From an uncultured Dehalococcoidales bacterium (lineage in GTDB: Bacteria > Chloroflexota > Dehalococcoidia > Dehalococcoidales > CAYYQY01): a stretch of DNA of 58,196 nucleotides. The position numbers and the translations under genes are program-made. A model generated the notes under the pieces. The model was not told the origin of the DNA. It searched no databases and saw only the letters and a list, made by a program, of their open reading frames with translations. The DNA is taken from the NCBI GenBank assembly GCA_964473905.1, contig CAYYQY010000004.1:1-58196 (forward strand). Direction: 5' to 3'. Below are positions 10,357-20,315 of the stretch, piece by piece. Position 1 is the stretch's first letter. Every line of letters begins with the position of its first letter.

Positions 10357-11639
10357 AACTTAAAGTCACACCGTCCACCGTAAGCGGCATAGTGACCGCA
10401 CCACCATCAAAGAGCTATAGCCACCGGGCGGTAATACTGGGTTCGCTGGCCCGTGGAGAAACCGTTATTGAAAACCTGCTCTTCTCGGACGATACCGGAT
10501 ACACCATTAACGCCTGCCGCTCGCTGGGGGTAGACATTGAGCGTTACGGTCAGAGTCTAAGGATTAAGGGCACGAGCGGTAATCTCCTGGTAAGGCCGGG
10601 GCACAACACCATATTTGCCGGCAACTCCGGAAGTACGCTGCGCATGCTGCTGCCCCTCGCCGCCCTCGCCGACGGCAAAATCATCTTTGACGGGTCGATA
10701 AGGCTCCGCGAGCGTCCCGTTACCGAAATTCTCGCGGCACTGGCAAGCCTCGGCGTTAAAACAAGCTCAATTGACAAAAACGGCAGGCTGCCGGTTGAGG
10801 TTCAGGGAGGTAGATTATATGGCGGAGAGGTGCTGACCAGCGGTCTCGCCGGCTCACAGCATGTTAGCTCACTGCTTATGATTGCCCCCTACGCCCGCTC
10901 CGGCATAAAGATAAAGATAACTGACAGCCTCAGGTCAAAACCCTATGTAGATATGACTGTTGAGGCTATGCGTCGCTTCGGGGTGGAGGTTGAGCGCCGT
11001 AACCATGACGAGTTTACCGTAACCAGCGGGCAGAGATATCAGGGGCAGCACTACGAAATAGAAGGCGACTACTCGTCGGCAGCCTTTTTCTTCGCCCTGG
11101 GCGCTATCGGCGGTAAGGAAGTAACTGTTGCTAATTTGAATGGGGACTCTTTGCAGGGAGACCGCTACTTTCTGGAGTTAATGTCTTTGATGGGCTGTTA
11201 TGTCAACCATAGTCCCGGGCAAATATCTGTAAGGAGAGAGGGAGAACTTACCGGCATCACAGCAGATATGGGTGATTATCCCGATATCGTCCAACCGCTC
11301 GCTGCCGTAGCTGCCTTTGCCCGAGGTACCACAAATATATCTAATATCAGTCATCTAAAGGGCAAGGAGACAGACCGTATTATTAATACAGCCGCTGAAC
11401 TCGGTAAAATGGGGATTACCGTAAAGGTAACGGAAAACAGTATGTCTATTACCGGCGGCAGGCCCCGGGGAGCCAAGGTGGATGCGCATGATGACCACCG
11501 TCTGGCGATGAGCCTGGCCATTGCTGGCCTCTTTGCCGGAGATGAGACGGTTATTAACGGCGCGGGGACGGTTAATAAATCATATCCGGATTTCTTTACC
11601 GACCTCGCCAGTATCGGGGCTAAACTGGAGCCCGTTTAG
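10353..11639 (+). CDS. aroA: EPSP synthase
   Basis: PPSKSYSHRA, GNSGSTLR, KETDRI and HDDHRLAM motifs. Confidence 0.96.
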   Translation: MKLKVTPSTVSGIVTAPPSKSYSHRAVILGSLARGETVIENLLFSDDTGYTINACRSLGVDIERYGQSLRIKGTSGNLLVRPGHNTIFAGNSGSTLRMLLPLAALADGKIIFDGSIRLRERPVTEILAALASLGVKTSSIDKNGRLPVEVQGGRLYGGEVLTSGLAGSQHVSSLLMIAPYARSGIKIKITDSLRSKPYVDMTVEAMRRFGVEVERRNHDEFTVTSGQRYQGQHYEIEGDYSSAAFFFALGAIGGKEVTVANLNGDSLQGDRYFLELMSLMGCYVNHSPGQISVRREGELTGITADMGDYPDIVQPLAAVAAFARGTTNISNISHLKGKETDRIINTAAELGKMGITVKVTENSMSITGGRPRGAKVDAHDDHRLAMSLAIAGLFAGDETVINGAGTVNKSYPDFFTDLASIGAKLEPV

Positions 11640-11643
11640 TATA

Positions 11644-12153
11644 ATGAATATTGTTCTTATCGGTATGCGCGGCAGCGGCAAGACCGCTACGGGTAAGCTC
11701 CTGGCAATAAGGCTGGGTAAGTCTTATATTGAAACGGACGATTTGATTGCGCAGAAGGCAGGCTTGAGTATAATGGAGATTGTCGATAAATACGGCTGGG
11801 AAAGATTCCGCGATCTGGAAACGGAGATCACGCATAGTCTAGCTACGGTGGATAATGCCATTATTGCCACCGGCGGCGGTATTATCACCAGGGAAGAAAA
11901 TATAAGAGAGCTGAAGAGAATAGGCAAGTTAATCTGGCTGCAAGCCAGTGTAGACACACTCGCCGAGCGTATCGGCGAGGATGACTCCAGACCCTCACTT
12001 ACCGGTAAACCGCTCCGGGAAGACCTGGAGACAGTAATGGCTGGCCGACATGAGATTTATAAACGCGAGTGCGATATTGCCATAAATACCGAGGACAGAA
12101 GCCCGGAAGAAATAGCCGAAATAATATCCGCGCTGCATATGGATGAAAAGTGA
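11644..12153 (+). CDS. aroK: Shikimate kinase
   Basis: MNIVLIGMRGSGKT P-loop, FRDLE, ATGGG and RPSL; start moved to the ATG at 11644. Confidence 0.95.
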   Translation: MNIVLIGMRGSGKTATGKLLAIRLGKSYIETDDLIAQKAGLSIMEIVDKYGWERFRDLETEITHSLATVDNAIIATGGGIITREENIRELKRIGKLIWLQASVDTLAERIGEDDSRPSLTGKPLREDLETVMAGRHEIYKRECDIAINTEDRSPEEIAEIISALHMDEK

Positions 12154-13007
12154 ACAAAATAATCAGTGCCGAAACCAAAATCTGCTGCGTTATGGGAGAG
12201 CCGGTAGCACATTCGCTGTCACCCATAGTGCATAACTGTGGCTATGAGGTACTGGGACTAGACTTTGTCTATATTGCTTTTTCGGTTAATAATATAAGGC
12301 TGGCTATGGACGCCGTAAGGACACTCGGCATACGCGGAGCAAGCATTACCATACCGCATAAAATAAACGCTGTAAAATATATAGATGAGATGGATAATGC
12401 AGCTAAAGACACCGGCTCTATCAACACCGTGGTAAATAATAGCGGCCAACTGAGCGGTTTCAACACCGACTACGCCGCCGCGCTGAAGGCGCTGGAAGAA
12501 AAGACGGCACTTGCGGGGAAGCGGGTGATACTTGTCGGTGCTGGCGGCACTGCCCGGAGCATTGCCCAAGGACTTAAGGAGAAGGGCGCCCGGCTAACCA
12601 TCCTTAACCGCACCCCCGGAAGAGCTGAGGAACTGGCAAAAAAAGTGACAGCCGAAGGCTCCGGCGGCCTGGACGAATTGTCAGCGGTTGCCTCAAGTGA
12701 TATCCTGATTAACGCTACGCCGGTAGGGATGTGGCCCGATACTAATAAGTCAATCGTACCCGGCAACTTGCTGCACCCGTATCTCACCGTTTTTGATGTT
12801 AACTACCATCCCCTGGAGACCAGGCTGATTGCCGATGCCCGTGAAGCCGGATGTACTGTTGTCTACGGATATAAAATGTTCCTCTATCAGGCTGCTATGC
12901 AATTTGAGCTTTTTACCGACCACCCGGCACCGCTACCCGAGATGGAGGCTACTTTAACCAGGGCACTGGGAGGAGACGAGCATGATAAGATTAATAACGG
13001 CCGGTGA
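12150..13007 (+). CDS. aroE: Shikimate dehydrogenase
   Basis: HSLSPIVHN, SITIPHK, GFNTD, GAGGTA and NATPVGM motifs. Confidence 0.95.
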   Translation: MNKIISAETKICCVMGEPVAHSLSPIVHNCGYEVLGLDFVYIAFSVNNIRLAMDAVRTLGIRGASITIPHKINAVKYIDEMDNAAKDTGSINTVVNNSGQLSGFNTDYAAALKALEEKTALAGKRVILVGAGGTARSIAQGLKEKGARLTILNRTPGRAEELAKKVTAEGSGGLDELSAVASSDILINATPVGMWPDTNKSIVPGNLLHPYLTVFDVNYHPLETRLIADAREAGCTVVYGYKMFLYQAAMQFELFTDHPAPLPEMEATLTRALGGDEHDKINNGR

Positions 13008-14145
13008 GTCTCACGGACCCGCCTGCCTGGCTATTCTGGAAGGTATACCCGCCGGTTTTGGCGTTTCGGCTAAAGATATTAATCTGGAGCTAAAAAAACG
13101 CCATACCGATTTCGGCCGTGGCGGCCGGGCGGATATAGAAAAGGACGAGGTAGAAATCCTCTCCGGTATCCGCTATGGCAAAACACTGGGCAGCCCGGTA
13201 GCGCTGCTGGTTAGAAACCTGGACGCCGCTAACTGGCAGTCAGAGATGAGAATTGACAAACCGTCACGGGGTGAAGAAGCCGCCGCTCTGACCCGGCCGC
13301 GCCCCGGACATGCCGACCTGGCTGGGGCTTTCAAGTACGGGCAAGGAGATATCAGGAATATTCTGGAGAGAGCCAGTGCCCGGGAGACAGTCACGCGGGT
13401 GGCCTGCGGTGCAGTGCTGAAAATACTTCTTGCTGAATTCGGCATCAGGATAGCGAGCCATACTGTACAAATCGGGAAAGTAGCGCTGGTGCGGTCTCCG
13501 ATGAGCTTTTACGAGATAGCCAATGTCTATAAGACCGACCCGGCTGTAAGGTGTATTGACCCGGAAACGTCACAGCGGATGGAGGCGGCTATCATGCAAG
13601 CCCGGGAGCAGAAGGACACACTCGGCGGTGTCGTTGAGGTCATAGCCACCGGTGTCCCGCCCGGTCTGGGCAGCGTTATGCACTACGACCGCCGGCTGGA
13701 CGGCACCATAGCCCAGGCACTTATGAGTATCCCATCGGTCAAAGCCATAGCTATTGGTAATGCCATCAAGTTGACTGCCATGCCAGGCTCGGAGGTACAG
13801 GATGCCATTGTCACCAACGAAGGACGTCTGACCCGCCGTACCAATAATATGGGGGGTATTGAAGGCGGCATGAGCAACGGCGAGGACATAATCTGCCGCG
13901 CCTACCACAAGCCCATCTCTACTTTAGGCAACCCCACCCCCACCGTAGATCTCAAAACTCATGAGCCGGCGCCAGCCATAGAGGAAAGGTCTGACGTCTG
14001 TGTGGTACCACGGGCCGGGGTAGTCTCGGAAGCTATGCTGGCCCTTGTTCTAAGCCAGGCTATGAGCGAGAAGTTTGGCGGCGACCATATTGCCGAGATG
14101 AAAAATAACTTCGTTTCTTATATCAGGGCGCTGTCAAAACGCTAG
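12982..14145 (+). CDS. aroC: Chorismate synthase
   Basis: TAGESHG, PRPGHADL, ERASARET, GGIEGGMSNG and ERSDVC motifs. Confidence 0.97.
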   Translation: MIRLITAGESHGPACLAILEGIPAGFGVSAKDINLELKKRHTDFGRGGRADIEKDEVEILSGIRYGKTLGSPVALLVRNLDAANWQSEMRIDKPSRGEEAAALTRPRPGHADLAGAFKYGQGDIRNILERASARETVTRVACGAVLKILLAEFGIRIASHTVQIGKVALVRSPMSFYEIANVYKTDPAVRCIDPETSQRMEAAIMQAREQKDTLGGVVEVIATGVPPGLGSVMHYDRRLDGTIAQALMSIPSVKAIAIGNAIKLTAMPGSEVQDAIVTNEGRLTRRTNNMGGIEGGMSNGEDIICRAYHKPISTLGNPTPTVDLKTHEPAPAIEERSDVCVVPRAGVVSEAMLALVLSQAMSEKFGGDHIAEMKNNFVSYIRALSKR

Positions 14146-14154
14146 CCCTCGTTT

Positions 14155-15291
14155 TTAGAGGCTTTTTATGTACTCAACCGCCCACTCAATAGCCGCCTCT
14201 CCCTCCAGCTCCAACTCGTAGTCCGGGGTTAGCCCCTGCCCTTCGATAACATGTCCGCTCGGAGTCAGCCAGCGCGCCACTGTCAAATACAGACCGGAGC
14301 CGTCTTCGAACTGGTAAATCTTGTTAACGCTGCCCTTGCCGTATGTCTTCTGACCGGCGATAAGAGCCCTTTCGTAATCCTGTAGCGCCCCGGCCAGTAC
14401 CTCGGCACTGCTTGCCGAATAACCATTAACCAGCACCACCATGGGTAACTCGGTAAATACCGATGAGGCCGCCTTTATGGCGCGATAGTCAGTCTGCTCC
14501 TCTCTATCAACCACGCTGACCACCACGCCCTCCTTTAGAAAATGACCGGCAACACTAACGGTCGCTTCCAGTATGCCGCCCAAGTTGTACCTCAGGTCAA
14601 GGACAATGCCTCTCGTCCCCGTGTCCATGTTCTCTATAGCCTCACTCAGCTCTCTATCAGTGCGCTCGGTGAAACTGGTAATCCAGATATAAGCAACATC
14701 ATCCCTCATGTCATAAATGACACTGGGCAAATTAATCTCATCCCTGACTATAGTGATGTCCTGGGGCTCGGACTCTTCCTCGTGAATTACGGTAATGGTA
14801 ACCGGGGTGCCCTTCGGCCCGCGTATCTTCAGCACGGCCTCAGCAACCGCCATTTCCGCGGCGGACTCGCCGTTAATGGCGAGAATTATATCGCCCGCCT
14901 GTATCCCGGCCTCAATCGCCGGGGAGCCAACGAGGGGCGCCACAATAACCACCTGCCCATCCCTGACGGTAACCTCGGCGCCAATCCCTTCTATCTTCCC
15001 TTCCAGATCACTCAAACCCAGTTTATAGGCCTCACTATCCAGATAAGAAGTATAAGGGTCATCCAGTGCCTCAAGCATACCTTCTATGGCAGCTTCACTC
15101 AGCCTGCCGGCATCCAGTTTATCGGTGTCCACGTAATCGGTGACGAGCCTGTCCCATACCTGCACCACGACATCTAACCCCGGGTCATATTCAGGGCACT
15201 CTCTATCCGCCAGCCTGTAGCCGGCACCAAAGGCTAAGGCAACGGTAACCACGATTAATACTACCGTGGTAATTTTCAGTGTTTTTGACAT
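14155..15291 (-). CDS. ctpA: S41 family C-terminal processing protease (PDZ domain, membrane anchored)
   Basis: DPYTSY, GIG, LDLRYNLGG, SASSAE and TYGKGSV; start placed at MSKTLK behind a GAGGT RBS. Confidence 0.93.
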   Translation of the reverse strand: MSKTLKITTVVLIVVTVALAFGAGYRLADRECPEYDPGLDVVVQVWDRLVTDYVDTDKLDAGRLSEAAIEGMLEALDDPYTSYLDSEAYKLGLSDLEGKIEGIGAEVTVRDGQVVIVAPLVGSPAIEAGIQAGDIILAINGESAAEMAVAEAVLKIRGPKGTPVTITVIHEEESEPQDITIVRDEINLPSVIYDMRDDVAYIWITSFTERTDRELSEAIENMDTGTRGIVLDLRYNLGGILEATVSVAGHFLKEGVVVSVVDREEQTDYRAIKAASSVFTELPMVVLVNGYSASSAEVLAGALQDYERALIAGQKTYGKGSVNKIYQFEDGSGLYLTVARWLTPSGHVIEGQGLTPDYELELEGEAAIEWAVEYIKSL

Positions 15292-15462
15292 CCTGCACAC
15301 CTCTAACAAACCTTATATTATAGTATAGCAGTTATCAAGCGAGGGAAAAGGGTAAAGACCGCCCAATAATACCCATACCCCGGCTTTTATGCCGGAGCTG
15401 ACCTAGGATAATCCTGAGACCGAAAGAAGCCTGCGGGAAGAATGAAGGATATTTAAGAGGTT

Positions 15463-15687
15463 TTATTGAACCTGAGTGCGGACGGCGTCCACTATTTTTA
15501 TGGTATCGTCTATATTCACCAGACTGAGGGAAATACCGAGTTTCTTCAGTTCATTATAGCCCAGACCCCGGAAAAGATGTCTCCCCGCCACCCGGCTCAT
15601 CTCATCATATAAAGCTGGCCATTCCTGGCCCCGACGGTTAATACAGAAAAGAACAAACTCACGCGCCAGAGGATTAACAATCATCAT
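15463..15687 (-). CDS. Hypothetical protein (74 aa)
   Basis: Protein-like ORF with AAGGA RBS; no family recognised. Confidence 0.65.
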   Translation of the reverse strand: MMIVNPLAREFVLFCINRRGQEWPALYDEMSRVAGRHLFRGLGYNELKKLGISLSLVNIDDTIKIVDAVRTQVQ

Positions 15688-16064
15688 ATCTAACGGCTTT
15701 CCTTAACACATTAAAACTTCTCCTGAACTATACCCCTTAATCTCTTCATCGGCAAACCCCCTGACACTTAGTTACAGGCATTTTATAAGGATTATTAGCC
15801 CTTGATAACGCTCGGTTCTTCGATTTTACGGCACTTTTCTCAACCTTAAATACGGCACGGCGAGGTACTTTTTTTATAACTTTAGTACCCGTTTTAAACC
15901 CTTACTGCCGCTTGTTTCAGTGCCCATAAGTTGCCGCTATGAGAGCAGCGACAGAGGGTTAAAATTGAAGGAATCCGCAGGGTAAAAGCACGTCACCGGT
16001 AAAAGAGGGACACTACCGCTATCAAATACGTTGTTTCACCGTTAATGTGACGGGGCGGGGTGGA

Positions 16065-16451
16065 CTAACTTAAGTCCATAATACCGGGCTTACCTTCAGC
16101 GAGCAAACCCAGCAGTTCCTCCACGAGGCTGTCAGCCTGGGACACGAACTCTTTTATCTCCGTAAGCGCTATGTTGTCCAGGTGCAGCCCGCAAATAACG
16201 CAGACCGGTATTTTAGTCTTTTTAGCTATGGCATGTGCCTGTCTCTTGGCTATTTCGTCATCCCGGTGCCCACACCGGGTGATTACCGAGGACGAAGCCC
16301 TATCCTCTTCGTAATCATATTCGCCCACAGCCACCGCACCCAGATGGGCGTTCTCGTTATAGAGGCAAACGATGAGGTCGCTGCCCAGGTAATAAGCGAG
16401 CAGTTCGGTGCTAACTCTACCCTGGCTCCGGCTGATACGGTATTGTTTCAT
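16065..16451 (-). CDS. LpdD-like (prenylated-FMN chaperone / PAC-like fold) protein
   Basis: HLGAVAV, GHRDD and VICGLHLD motifs typical of LpdD-like proteins. Own promoter TTGTGT-N17-TATAAT (16491-16463). Divergent from a UbiD operon. Confidence 0.7.
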   Translation of the reverse strand: MKQYRISRSQGRVSTELLAYYLGSDLIVCLYNENAHLGAVAVGEYDYEEDRASSSVITRCGHRDDEIAKRQAHAIAKKTKIPVCVICGLHLDNIALTEIKEFVSQADSLVEELLGLLAEGKPGIMDLS

Positions 16452-16511
16452 AATGCACCGTTATTATAGCACCGTCCCTGAGCCCACACAATTTCTGATT
16501 TTTTGCCATAT

Positions 16512-16572
16512 TGTAACCTATTTGTAACTTCTTCTTTCTCTTTTTGCCGGATACTTGTAACCAGTTCTTAAC
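16512..16572. promoter_or_regulatory. Phased direct repeats, candidate OmpR-family operator
   Basis: TGTAAC at 16512, 16523 and 16556 and CTTAAC at 16567; all offsets are multiples of 11 bp. Confidence 0.5.
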
Positions 16573-16680
16573 CTTAATAGAGCAGACTATGTTTAGGTTA
16601 TTATGATTAGTGCTGTATGGCAAAGACGCAACTACGGGCAACACGGTATGAGTTTGAGGAAACGGTATATGCTTCAATGC

Positions 16681-16710
16681 TTGACACCGTAGAATGGTCA
16701 CTGCTAAAAT
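16681..16710 (+). promoter_or_regulatory. Sigma70-type promoter of the ligase-pps/ppc operon
   Basis: TTGACA-N18-TAAAAT with extended -10 TG. Confidence 0.65.
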
Positions 16711-16753
16711 CAGCGACCGAACAGTTATGAATTACGAATGAGGAGGAAACTGT

Positions 16754-18415
16754 ATGGCTGAAGCTTCGGTACGCAAGAAGAAAGAACTGCAGGAATTCAT
16801 TGACAAGGGACTCTGGGAAGACCTGACATGGGCAGCGCTGTGGGACAGGAATGCCAAAGAATACCCCGATAGAGAAGCCATGGTCGATTACCGGTCAAGA
16901 TGGACCTGGGCACAGGCTAAACTGGCGATAGACAGGTTAGCCCTGGGTCTGATGGATATGGGCTATAAGAAAGATGACGCTATCGTTGTTGAGCTACCCA
17001 GCTGGTCCGAGTGCATGATAGCCAGAATCGCCTGCGATAAAGCAGGTCTCATTGTAGCCCCCGTGTTAAGGAGTTTCCGTGAAACCGAGATGTTGCATAC
17101 ACTGGCCATTCTTGAGGCCAAGGGTGTAGTCATACCGTATAAGTGGGGCGGTTTTGATTACGTTAACATGATCCAGTCGCTGCGCCCCGACCTGCCCAAG
17201 CTGGAGCATATCTTTATTGTCGGTGACGAGGTTCCCGAGGGATGCATTTCCCTGAACAAGATGCTGGAGGAACCCCTGGAGAAGAAGTACTCTCCGGAGG
17301 AACTGGAAGCACTCTTTGCTAAAACAGTAATGCCCAGCACCGAGGTATCCGAACTCTCGCATACCACCGGCAGTACCGGTCTTCCCAAGCTCGCCGAATG
17401 GCCGGCTGTGCTTGGGTTGGCCCGCACTAAGGACACGGTAAATAAATTCGGGATTAACAAGGACGATGTTCTGGGCGCCCTATCCCCGGGCTGGGGCGGC
17501 ATGAACAACCCTACCTACCACGGTGGACCGTATGTCGGGGCAAAATTCGTCATGATGGAGCGCTGGGATATAGTCGAGGCTTTCAAGCTTATCGAGAAGG
17601 AGAAGATAACCTATTTCGCCATTACGCCAACCATGATGCGCATGATGATGGACCATGCCGATTTCGGTAAATATGATCTGAGCTCTCTCCGGGCTATCAT
17701 GGTATCAGGAGCGCCGTGCCCTCCCGGCTGGCCGCGAGAAGCCGAGGAAAAATTTGGTGCCAGGGTCATCAACACCTACGGTTCGAGAGACCTGGGCAGC
17801 ACAGCGTCGCCTTCATATACAGACCCGCCCGAAACCCGATGGGCAACCGCTGGCAAACCGAACAGCTGGGACGAGATTCATCTGCTCGACGAGGCAGGCA
17901 ATGATGTGCCGGAAGGAGAAGTCGGTGAGGTAGCCGTAAGAGCCGTGACCGGTTCCGGTGGTTACTTTAAGAACCCGGAAGCCAATGCGAGTTCCGCTAC
18001 TCCGGACGGTTTGTTCCGCATTGGTGACCTGGCCAGATTTGATGAAAACGGCAACCTGGTTATTGCCGGGCGCGCCAAGAATATAATTATCCGCGGCGGC
18101 GAGAATATTTATCCTACGGAGATAGAGGGTATGCTCGGTACCCACCCGAACGTAGTCCAGGCAGCCGTAGTCAAGATGCCCGACCCGCTCTTTGGTGAAA
18201 AAGCATGCGCCTATGTCGCTCTTAAACCGGGAGGCACTTTTGCCTTTGACGAAATGGTCTCTTTCCTGAAATCAAAGAAGCTCGCTGCCTTCAAACTGCC
18301 GGAAAGATTGGAAATTGTGGACAAGATACCCATGGTAGGCGACGGCACGAAGGTAGATTTGAAAAGTCTGGAAAAAGACATAGCCGGTAAACTCAAAGCC
18401 GAAGGAAAGGTATAG
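16754..18415 (+). CDS. AMP-forming acid-CoA ligase (aryl/cyclohexanecarboxylate-CoA ligase-like)
   Basis: HTTGSTGLPK, TYGS, GDLARFD, GRAKNIIIRGGENIYP and FKLPERL motifs. Confidence 0.9.
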   Translation: MAEASVRKKKELQEFIDKGLWEDLTWAALWDRNAKEYPDREAMVDYRSRWTWAQAKLAIDRLALGLMDMGYKKDDAIVVELPSWSECMIARIACDKAGLIVAPVLRSFRETEMLHTLAILEAKGVVIPYKWGGFDYVNMIQSLRPDLPKLEHIFIVGDEVPEGCISLNKMLEEPLEKKYSPEELEALFAKTVMPSTEVSELSHTTGSTGLPKLAEWPAVLGLARTKDTVNKFGINKDDVLGALSPGWGGMNNPTYHGGPYVGAKFVMMERWDIVEAFKLIEKEKITYFAITPTMMRMMMDHADFGKYDLSSLRAIMVSGAPCPPGWPREAEEKFGARVINTYGSRDLGSTASPSYTDPPETRWATAGKPNSWDEIHLLDEAGNDVPEGEVGEVAVRAVTGSGGYFKNPEANASSATPDGLFRIGDLARFDENGNLVIAGRAKNIIIRGGENIYPTEIEGMLGTHPNVVQAAVVKMPDPLFGEKACAYVALKPGGTFAFDEMVSFLKSKKLAAFKLPERLEIVDKIPMVGDGTKVDLKSLEKDIAGKLKAEGKV

Positions 18416-18427
18416 AAAAAGATACAA

Positions 18428-18511
18428 AGGAGGCGGTCCATATGTAATTTGCGCACACATCTGGGGTTCATGAGTATATTTTGACTGCAAAATATACTGT
18501 TTGCGTCAAAA
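18428..18511 (+). promoter_or_regulatory. SD + start-stop element and overlapping inverted repeats
   Basis: AGGAGG-N8-ATG-TAA at 18428-18447; AGTATATTTTG/CAAAATATACT at 18473-98; alternative TTTTGAC-GCAAA/TTTGC-GTCAAAA at 18479-18511. Confidence 0.4.
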
Positions 18512-18555
18512 TGCTTAAAAAATATAGTCCAATTGCCCAAATCGAGGAGGTTATA

Positions 18556-20235
18556 ATGGCAATAGAACCCAGGGAAGATTATAGTTACTACGAGTTTTCT
18601 GAGGATGATGTAGACGATACCTGGTGGGTCTGGGATATGGGGCATACCCCACCCACCGCACCGTGGTCACCGATGTTTGTCCAGTGGTGGATGTACGGTG
18701 CTACCGTGCCCCTGGCCAAAGCACTGGAAGATGCGGCCACACCAAGATCCAAGGGCCCTCGCAGCCGGTCAAACCGCGGCTACCACATGGTGACAGTCGC
18801 CGTGCCTCACAACGAAGAGGAGATACAGGAACGCAGCGAGAGGTACCGGCAAGCGGTTCTGCCCTGGCTTCAGGATACAGACAAGATACTGAACGAAATT
18901 AAAGCCGAGCTATCGGGAGTATACGAGAAGTACAAGAACTATAACTACGCCACAGCCAGCTGGAGCGAACTGATAGAATGGGTCCATGACTGGGAGCTAT
19001 TCAACTACCGTCACTGGTACCTGCACTTCTGGGCAATGGTATCCACCGGCGCTATCTTTGTTGACTGGGAGAACCTGAGCTACGAGCTACTGGGAATGGA
19101 CGCTCATCATCCCACGTTCCAGAGACTGATGAGAGGCTTTGACAACACCAACTTCGAGACCGAGAGACAGCTTCACGCGATAGCGCAGAAGGTCACTGAC
19201 GCGGGGCTAAAGGACATGGTAGTCAGCAGCAGTCCCGGAGAAATAATGGGTAAGCTGCTGGGCAGTGAAGCCGGCAAGCGCGTGCTCGCCGATTTTAACA
19301 AGTTCCTGGACAAGTATGGCTGGCGTAACTTCATGATGGACACCTACATGACACCCAGCTGGAGAGAGGACACATCACCGGCATGGCAGCGTATCCAGCA
19401 GTTTGTTAACCACCCCACCTTCAAACTGGATGAGATTATAGTTAAGCAAGCCGCGGAAAGAAAACTGGCAGAAGAAGAAATAGTAAACGCGCTGCCGGTT
19501 GACCAGAGAGAATGGTACCGCATACTTATGAAAGCAGGACAGGTAGCCAGTGTCTGGGCAGAAGACCACAGCTTCTTCTTTGAGATGCAGTCGCACTCAA
19601 TAGGCCGCTACTTCTGGCTGGAAGTGGGTAAGAGGCTCGTCGCCACCGGCGCTATTGAGCAACCTGATGACATCTTCATGCTGGTACCGCAGGAAGTATC
19701 CATATTGCTTTCCGACCCCTACAAGTGCAAAGCCAAGAAGAAGGCAAAAGCCCGCAGAGCCGAGTGGGACGCTGCCAAATCCTTCTTCCCCGAACCGTAC
19801 TATGGCAGAATTCCTCAGCCCGATGCCATGATGGAGATGATGGCCTCACAGGATGTCATCTTCACCAAGGTAACCCAGGAGAAACCGCCCGAGCCCAGAC
19901 CGGAACTCAAGGCTGACCTCATTGGCGTATCCGGCTCACCGGGTATCGCCGAGGGCATCGCCCGCGTCATAATGTCACCGGCCCAGATGGGCGAAGTACA
20001 GGAAGGCGAAATACTGGTAGCCCCCATCACAGACTCAACCTGGACTCCTGTCTTCAGTATAATCAAGGGAGTAGTGCTGAACACCGGCGCTCCGCTGTGC
20101 CACGCCGCTATTATTGCCCGCGAGTATGGCCTGGCCGCCGTGGTCAACACCGTTGAAGGCACTGACAAGATAAAGACAGGACAGCGAGTCAGGGTAGACG
20201 CTGACGTCGGCGCTGTTTACATACTGGATAAATAA
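18556..20235 (+). CDS. ppsA: Phenylphosphate synthase alpha-like subunit (PEP-utilising mobile His domain + N-terminal helical domain)
   Basis: C-terminal GVSGSPG..EG and GAPLCHAAIIAREYG phospho-His motif; no ATP-grasp or pyruvate-binding barrel; GAGGAGG RBS before ATG 18556. The symbol refers to phenylphosphate synthase, not PEP synthase. Confidence 0.8.
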   Translation: MAIEPREDYSYYEFSEDDVDDTWWVWDMGHTPPTAPWSPMFVQWWMYGATVPLAKALEDAATPRSKGPRSRSNRGYHMVTVAVPHNEEEIQERSERYRQAVLPWLQDTDKILNEIKAELSGVYEKYKNYNYATASWSELIEWVHDWELFNYRHWYLHFWAMVSTGAIFVDWENLSYELLGMDAHHPTFQRLMRGFDNTNFETERQLHAIAQKVTDAGLKDMVVSSSPGEIMGKLLGSEAGKRVLADFNKFLDKYGWRNFMMDTYMTPSWREDTSPAWQRIQQFVNHPTFKLDEIIVKQAAERKLAEEEIVNALPVDQREWYRILMKAGQVASVWAEDHSFFFEMQSHSIGRYFWLEVGKRLVATGAIEQPDDIFMLVPQEVSILLSDPYKCKAKKKAKARRAEWDAAKSFFPEPYYGRIPQPDAMMEMMASQDVIFTKVTQEKPPEPRPELKADLIGVSGSPGIAEGIARVIMSPAQMGEVQEGEILVAPITDSTWTPVFSIIKGVVLNTGAPLCHAAIIAREYGLAAVVNTVEGTDKIKTGQRVRVDADVGAVYILDK

Positions 20236-20315
20236 AGTCGGGTAAAAGCGATAAGTACCATGCCGGTTGCGGCAGCGATATTGGTGCCGGGTATGGCTGG
20301 CTAATTGCTAACGAA

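Noticed and set aside
10620-10646. AroA GNSGSTLRM (Ser/Met at the E. coli T97/P101 positions) as a glyphosate-tolerance signal
   Set aside because: This region varies naturally among EPSP synthases; no phenotype can be inferred from sequence alone.
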